Part shown: positions 28,014 to 32,000 of the stretch, piece by piece | How positions within the stretch are numbered: the first letter of the stretch is position 1 | Layout: each line of letters begins with the position of its first letter | From: Cupriavidus necator | Lineage (GTDB): Bacteria > Pseudomonadota > Gammaproteobacteria > Burkholderiales > Burkholderiaceae | Direction of reading: 5' to 3' | Assembly: GCF_016127575.1 (NCBI RefSeq) | Contig: NZ_CP066018.1 | Span: 1,350,001-1,382,000 of the forward strand | DNA length: 32,000 nt | Translations under genes and position numbers: made by a program | Notes under the pieces: generated by a model | The model's database searches: none | The model's input: the letters and a program-made list of their open reading frames with translations, nothing else | What the model was told of the DNA's origin: nothing

Positions 28014-28382
28014 TCAGGATGCGGTGACCTGGTCCTGGTTAGGCGTCCACTCCGTGCCTCGAACCAGACGGCGCAGGCTGCGATATACCAGGTGCGGCAC
28101 ATCAGCCAGCGCCAGCGCCGGGCGGCGGGCTTCCGCGATCAGGGCGAGGCGCACCGGGTGCAGCGCACGCGGGTCAACGCTCAGCACCACCTCGTCACCC
28201 GAGCGCAGCAGCAGGCTGCCGCCACAACGCAGCCAGTAGTCCTCTGAATCTTTCTCGCGGGTCAGCCATACGTCAGCGCCGCGGGCCTCTTCGACATGCA
28301 GGCGCTGGGCAGCATGCACCGACAGCGTGGTGACTTCGCCAGGATTCAGGGTGAACACGGTCGTTGTGAGCACGGTTTTCAT
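28014..28382 (-). CDS. DUF2917-like small protein
   Basis: [68 protein letters not shown]... GGAGA Shine-Dalgarno sequence. Divergent from a LysR gene. Family assignment is from memory. Confidence 0.7.
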   Translation of the reverse strand: MKTVLTTTVFTLNPGEVTTLSVHAAQRLHVEEARGADVWLTREKDSEDYWLRCGGSLLLRSGDEVVLSVDPRALHPVRLALIAEARRPALALADVPHLVYRSLRRLVRGTEWTPNQDQVTAS

Positions 28383-28542
28383 GGTGGTTCTCCGTTCAGC
28401 CGGCCTCGGCGGGGATACGCCAAACCCAGTACGAATTCGCGGCGGGGTACCGGAACTGGCCCGGCAAGGGGACCAGGCCAGTTAAATCCTCTGAATATCG
28501 CCGTGAAGTAAATGACTACTGCGGGGGCCGGTGATGGAATAT

Positions 28543-28562
28543 TAGTGATTGCCCGGCCACTA
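28543..28562. promoter_or_regulatory. Possible LysR-type box (TAGTG-N10-CACTA)
   Basis: Inverted repeat in the AT-rich part of the divergent DUF2917/LysR intergenic region. Confidence 0.3.
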
Positions 28563-28630
28563 TCAAAACGATATATTTTCTTTGTTCTTGTTAGACAAAC
28601 TCACATACACACGACCGCCTGGAGACCACC

Positions 28631-29587
28631 ATGGCATGGAAGAGCGCCTGGGAAAAGGACCTGCCGCGCGGCTGGCACCGCGAGCTGCCGCGCCTGCCGG
28701 CGCTGACCGCGCTGCGCGCCTTCGAGGCCGCGGCGCGGCACGAGAGCTTTTCGCGCGCGGCCACGGAGCTGTTTGTCACGCACGGCGCGGTCAGCCACCA
28801 GATCCGCGCGCTGGAAGACGAACTGGGCATGCCGCTGTTCGAGCGCCACGGCAAGCGTGTCGCGCTGACGCCGTCGGGGCGCCTCTATGCCGAGCGCGTG
28901 CGTGACGCGCTGCTGCAGATCGCCGATGCCACGCGCGCGCTGCAGGCCGGCAACCGCGACAAGCGCCTGACCATCAGCACCATGCCGTCGTTTGCCGCGC
29001 GCTGGCTGACGCCGCGCATCGGCAGCTTTATCGAGCGCCACCCGGAGCTGGATGTCGAGCTGCTGTCGTCGAACACGCTGGTCAACTTTGCGCATGAGGA
29101 AGTCGATATCGCGCTGCGCATGGGCAGCGGCGACTATCCCGGCCTGTATGTGGAGCGGCTGCTGGACGACGTCTTCTTCCCGGTCTGCAGCCCCGGCTTC
29201 AATGGCGGCCGCCTGCCCGAGCGGCCGCAGGACATGGCGGGGCTGCCGCTGCTGCGCGGCGAGGGCGATCCGTGGAAGCCGTGGTTCGAGGCCGCCGGGC
29301 TGGACTGGCCCGAGCCGCGCAAGGGCCTGCTGCTGGAAGATTCCTCGCTGCTGCTGCAGGCCGCGTCCGAAGGCCAGGGCATTGCGCTGATCCGCTCCTC
29401 GCTGGCCTACAACGACCTGCTGGCCGGGCGCGTGGTGCGGCTGTTCGATGTCAGCATCCCCTGTCCATGGCTGCTGTACTTCGTATGCGCCCCGGGCTCA
29501 TTGAACCTGCCCAAGGTGCAGGCGTTCCGCGGCTGGCTGCTGCCCGAGATCGAGCGCTTCCGCGAGGTGCTGGCGCAGTGGGAGTGA
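28631..29587 (+). CDS. LysR-family transcriptional regulator (GcvA-like)
   Basis: HTH LRAFEAAARHESFSRAATELFVTHGAVSHQIRALE plus a C-terminal substrate-binding domain. GGAGA Shine-Dalgarno sequence 6 nt upstream. Confidence 0.9.
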   Translation: MAWKSAWEKDLPRGWHRELPRLPALTALRAFEAAARHESFSRAATELFVTHGAVSHQIRALEDELGMPLFERHGKRVALTPSGRLYAERVRDALLQIADATRALQAGNRDKRLTISTMPSFAARWLTPRIGSFIERHPELDVELLSSNTLVNFAHEEVDIALRMGSGDYPGLYVERLLDDVFFPVCSPGFNGGRLPERPQDMAGLPLLRGEGDPWKPWFEAAGLDWPEPRKGLLLEDSSLLLQAASEGQGIALIRSSLAYNDLLAGRVVRLFDVSIPCPWLLYFVCAPGSLNLPKVQAFRGWLLPEIERFREVLAQWE

Positions 29588-29588
29588 A

Positions 29589-30668
29589 CTAGTCTTCCGA
29601 CGCTTCGCCGGAGTCAGCAGGATCGGCGGCTGCGTCCGCCGCCGGCCTGGCGCGCGCCCGGCCGGCCCGCGGATGGGCCTTGTCGTAGACCTTCGCCAGA
29701 TGCTGGAAATCGAGCGCGGTATAGACCTGCGTGGTCGAAATGCTGGCATGGCCCAGCATCTCCTGCACCGCGCGCAGGTCCCCCGACGACTGCAGCACGT
29801 GGGTGGCAAATGAGTGCCTCAGCATATGGGGATGCACATCGGCCGGCACGCCGGCGCGCAGCGCCTGTTGCTTGAGCCGCAACTGCACCGTGCGCATCGA
29901 CAGGCGCCGCCCGCGCGGGCCGAGGAACAAGGCGTGGGCATCTTCCGGCAAGGCGCCTGGGCGCAGCAGCGTGTCGCGCACCGCCAGCCAGGCACGCAGC
30001 GCCTCGATGGCCTTGCTGCCGACCGGCACCGAGCGCTGGCGCGAACCCTTGCCGGTCACGGTGACTTCCGCTCCGGCCAGGTCGAGCCAGCCGCTGGAGC
30101 GGTAGCCGTCGGCATCGGCATAGCGCAGGTCCAGCTGCACCAGCTCGGACAGCCGCAGCCCGCTTGAATAGAACAGCTCATGGACCGCTTGGTCGCGCAG
30201 TGCCTGGGCATCCGTGCCGGCAGGATGCGCGACCAGTGCCACCGCATGTTCGACCGACAAGGCCTTGGGCAGTGCGTGGCCAGAGCGCGGCGCGCGCACG
30301 CCGTCGACCGGGTTCACCGTGACGCCATGGCCGTGGCGCGCCGCCCACTGGAAGAAACCGCGCCAGGCCGACAAGGTGCGCGCGATGCTGGTGCCGACCA
30401 GCCCGGCGCCATGCAGCCGCGCGGCAAAGTTGCGGATATGGTGGGTCTGCAGTGCCAGCAGGGCCACGCCGGGTGCATAACGCGCCGCGTGCCCCTGCAG
30501 CACGCGCAGGTCGCGGCTGTAGCTGGTCAGCGTGTGCTCGGCCAGCTTGCGGCTGCCGCGCAGCCAGTCCAGGTAGCGTGTGACCAGCGGCTCGGGTGCC
30601 GGCGGCGGGCCGTCGCTGGCAGGAGCGATATCCGCAACCACGCTGCGGGGCGGCCGGCGTGCAGTCAT
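29589..30668 (-). CDS. xerC: Tyrosine recombinase XerC (housekeeping type)
   Basis: The catalytic residues expected from memory are R...(ELFYSSGLRLSEL), HMLRHSFATH and LGHASISTTQVYT. Downstream of DUF484, as is usual for xerC. ATG at 30666-30668. Confidence 0.85.
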   Translation of the reverse strand: MTARRPPRSVVADIAPASDGPPPAPEPLVTRYLDWLRGSRKLAEHTLTSYSRDLRVLQGHAARYAPGVALLALQTHHIRNFAARLHGAGLVGTSIARTLSAWRGFFQWAARHGHGVTVNPVDGVRAPRSGHALPKALSVEHAVALVAHPAGTDAQALRDQAVHELFYSSGLRLSELVQLDLRYADADGYRSSGWLDLAGAEVTVTGKGSRQRSVPVGSKAIEALRAWLAVRDTLLRPGALPEDAHALFLGPRGRRLSMRTVQLRLKQQALRAGVPADVHPHMLRHSFATHVLQSSGDLRAVQEMLGHASISTTQVYTALDFQHLAKVYDKAHPRAGRARARPAADAAADPADSGEASED

Positions 30669-30693
30669 GGCGTCAGGCGTGGGCCGCCGCGCC

Positions 30694-31380
30694 TCAGTCG
30701 CGCAGCCGGTGCAGCGCGGCGCCGGCGACTTCGCCGATCTGCGACAGGTAGGCGGTGCCCATGCCTTCGTGGAAACGGCGCGGATCGGGCGAGCCCAGCA
30801 CCAGCAGGCCAAAGGCTGCGCCGCGCACGTCGGCACCGGCCTCGGCATCGCCGGCACGCACCGGCACGCGCAGCGTCACCATCGCCAGCGAGGTGATATC
30901 GTCGCGCTCCAGCAGCCCCGCGGCCTCGAAGCCGCCGTTGCTGCCGCAGTACGGCGCACGCAGGCCTTCGGCAAAGATGCGCAGGTCTTCGCTGGCGCCC
31001 TGCGCCACTTCCATATGGACGTATTGCTCGGCGACATCCCACAGCCTGAGCGCCACCGCCGGCACATCGAACACCTGCTGCAGGCCGTCCTGCACTGCAT
31101 AGGGCAGCGCGTGCGAATCGGCTTCGGCCAGCAGGCGCAGCTGCCAGGCATGCATGCGTTGCTGGGTGCGGTCGTTGTCATGGCCGTGGCGGACCAGGTC
31201 CGCCAGGCGCAGCTCCAGGCCCTTGTTCTTCTCGCGCAGGATTTCCATCTGGCGTTCCTGCAGCGACACGGCGCGGTGGCTGTGCGGGCTGGTCAGCTGC
31301 ACCGCGGCCAGCAGCTCGGCGTGTTCTTCGAAGAATTCGGGGTGGCTCTGCAGGTAGGCGGCAACGTCTTGGGCGTTCAT
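30694..31380 (-). CDS. DUF484-family (GAF-like) protein
   Basis: MNAQDVAAYLQSHPEFFEEHAELLAAVQL.S.H...VSLQERQ is the typical DUF484 N-terminus. Confidence 0.85.
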   Translation of the reverse strand: MNAQDVAAYLQSHPEFFEEHAELLAAVQLTSPHSHRAVSLQERQMEILREKNKGLELRLADLVRHGHDNDRTQQRMHAWQLRLLAEADSHALPYAVQDGLQQVFDVPAVALRLWDVAEQYVHMEVAQGASEDLRIFAEGLRAPYCGSNGGFEAAGLLERDDITSLAMVTLRVPVRAGDAEAGADVRGAAFGLLVLGSPDPRRFHEGMGTAYLSQIGEVAGAALHRLRD

Positions 31381-31421
31381 GGGGCGTGGACCGGTAGAGG
31401 TAAAGTGGGTGGCAGTTTAGC

Positions 31422-31458
31422 AAAGGGGACCGGCGGCACAGCCGCGGCCCCCTTTTTA
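31422..31458 (-). terminator. GC-rich hairpin after rodA (terminator-like)
   Basis: GGGGACCGGCGGC-ACA-GCCGCGGCCCCC, with 1 mismatch and 1 bulge. The T-tract is better on the plus strand (TTTTTA) than on the minus strand (TTTG). Confidence 0.45.
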
Positions 31459-31469
31459 CGCAGGCTGCG

Positions 31470-32000
31470 CTACGTCTGGATCAGCCGCTTCTGCCGCGAA
31501 ATGCTCATCAGAATGCCGATGCCCGCGCCCAGCGTCACCAGTGCGGTGCCGCCATAGCTCATCAGCGGCAGCGGCACGCCCACCACCGGCAGGATGCCGC
31601 TGACCATGCCCATGTTGACGAAGGCATAGGTGAAGAAGATCAGCGTGATCGATCCCGCCAGCAGCCGCGAGAACAGCGTCGGCGCATTGGCCGCGATAAA
31701 CAGGCCGCGAAAGATCAGCAGCAGGTACAGCACCAGCAGCACCGCATTGCCGATCAGGCCGAACTCTTCCGAGTACACCGCGAAGATAAAGTCGGTGTGC
31801 TTTTCCGGGATGAATTCCAGGTGCGTCTGCGTGCCCTTGAGCCAGCCCTTGCCCTCGACCCCGCCGGAGCCGATGGCGATGATCGACTGGATCGTGTGGA
31901 AGCCCTTGCCGAGCGGATCGCTGGTCGGGTCCAGCAGCGTGCAGACGCGGTGCTGCTGGTAGTCGTGCAGCACCGGCCAGTTCACGCCCGGCGCGCACAT
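31470..32000 (-). CDS. rodA: Rod shape-determining SEDS protein RodA, 3' part only (the gene continues beyond the right edge)
   Basis: ...[48 protein letters not shown]...[12 protein letters not shown]... Confidence 0.9.
   Translation of the reverse strand: MCAPGVNWPVLHDYQQHRVCTLLDPTSDPLGKGFHTIQSIIAIGSGGVEGKGWLKGTQTHLEFIPEKHTDFIFAVYSEEFGLIGNAVLLVLYLLLIFRGLFIAANAPTLFSRLLAGSITLIFFTYAFVNMGMVSGILPVVGVPLPLMSYGGTALVTLGAGIGILMSISRQKRLIQT

Noticed and set aside
29589-30668. Tyrosine recombinase as the integrase of a genomic island or prophage
   Set aside because: It sits in the housekeeping DUF484-xerC arrangement. There is no tRNA, no direct repeats, no compositional shift and no phage or mobility genes around it.

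Overview
High-GC (about 65-68%) betaproteobacterial chromosome, densely coding and with a Burkholderiales-type gene set. The PhaM-like protein (PAKKA-type Lys/Ala/Pro tail), the split metH and several Bug/DUF families point to Cupriavidus necator (Ralstonia eutropha) or a close relative. That assignment comes from memory of these families, not from a search. I call about 34 protein genes. In order they are: split metH; rhodanese; DUF3567; an alpha/beta hydrolase plus DUF3108; an IclR regulator divergent from Bug-FAH-crotonase; phaM; a patatin-like lipase; a diiron ferritin-like protein; hldC; SPOR-coaX-birA; a 4-gene MlaE/MlaF/MCE/DUF330 transporter plus VanZ; a pxpB-pxpC-pxpA-DUF969-DUF979-pcp operon; lipB-lipA; a DUF2917/LysR divergent pair; DUF484-xerC; and the rodA 3' end. 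I found no rRNA, tRNA, CRISPR array, IS element, prophage or recognisable defence-system genes. The many long ORFs on opposite strands or other frames are high-GC shadow ORFs. I see no convincing new multi-gene system. The stretch least explained by the annotation is the 717-bp gene-free gap at 12110-12826. It holds an AT-rich island, stacked perfect palindromes, a repeated CGGAAWT motif, and a strongly coding-like ORF with no canonical start. Secondary leads are the uncharacterised MCE-type transporter, the DUF969/DUF979 pair inside the 5-oxoproline operon with its 23-bp perfect palindrome, the orphan diiron protein, and the DUF2917/LysR pair.
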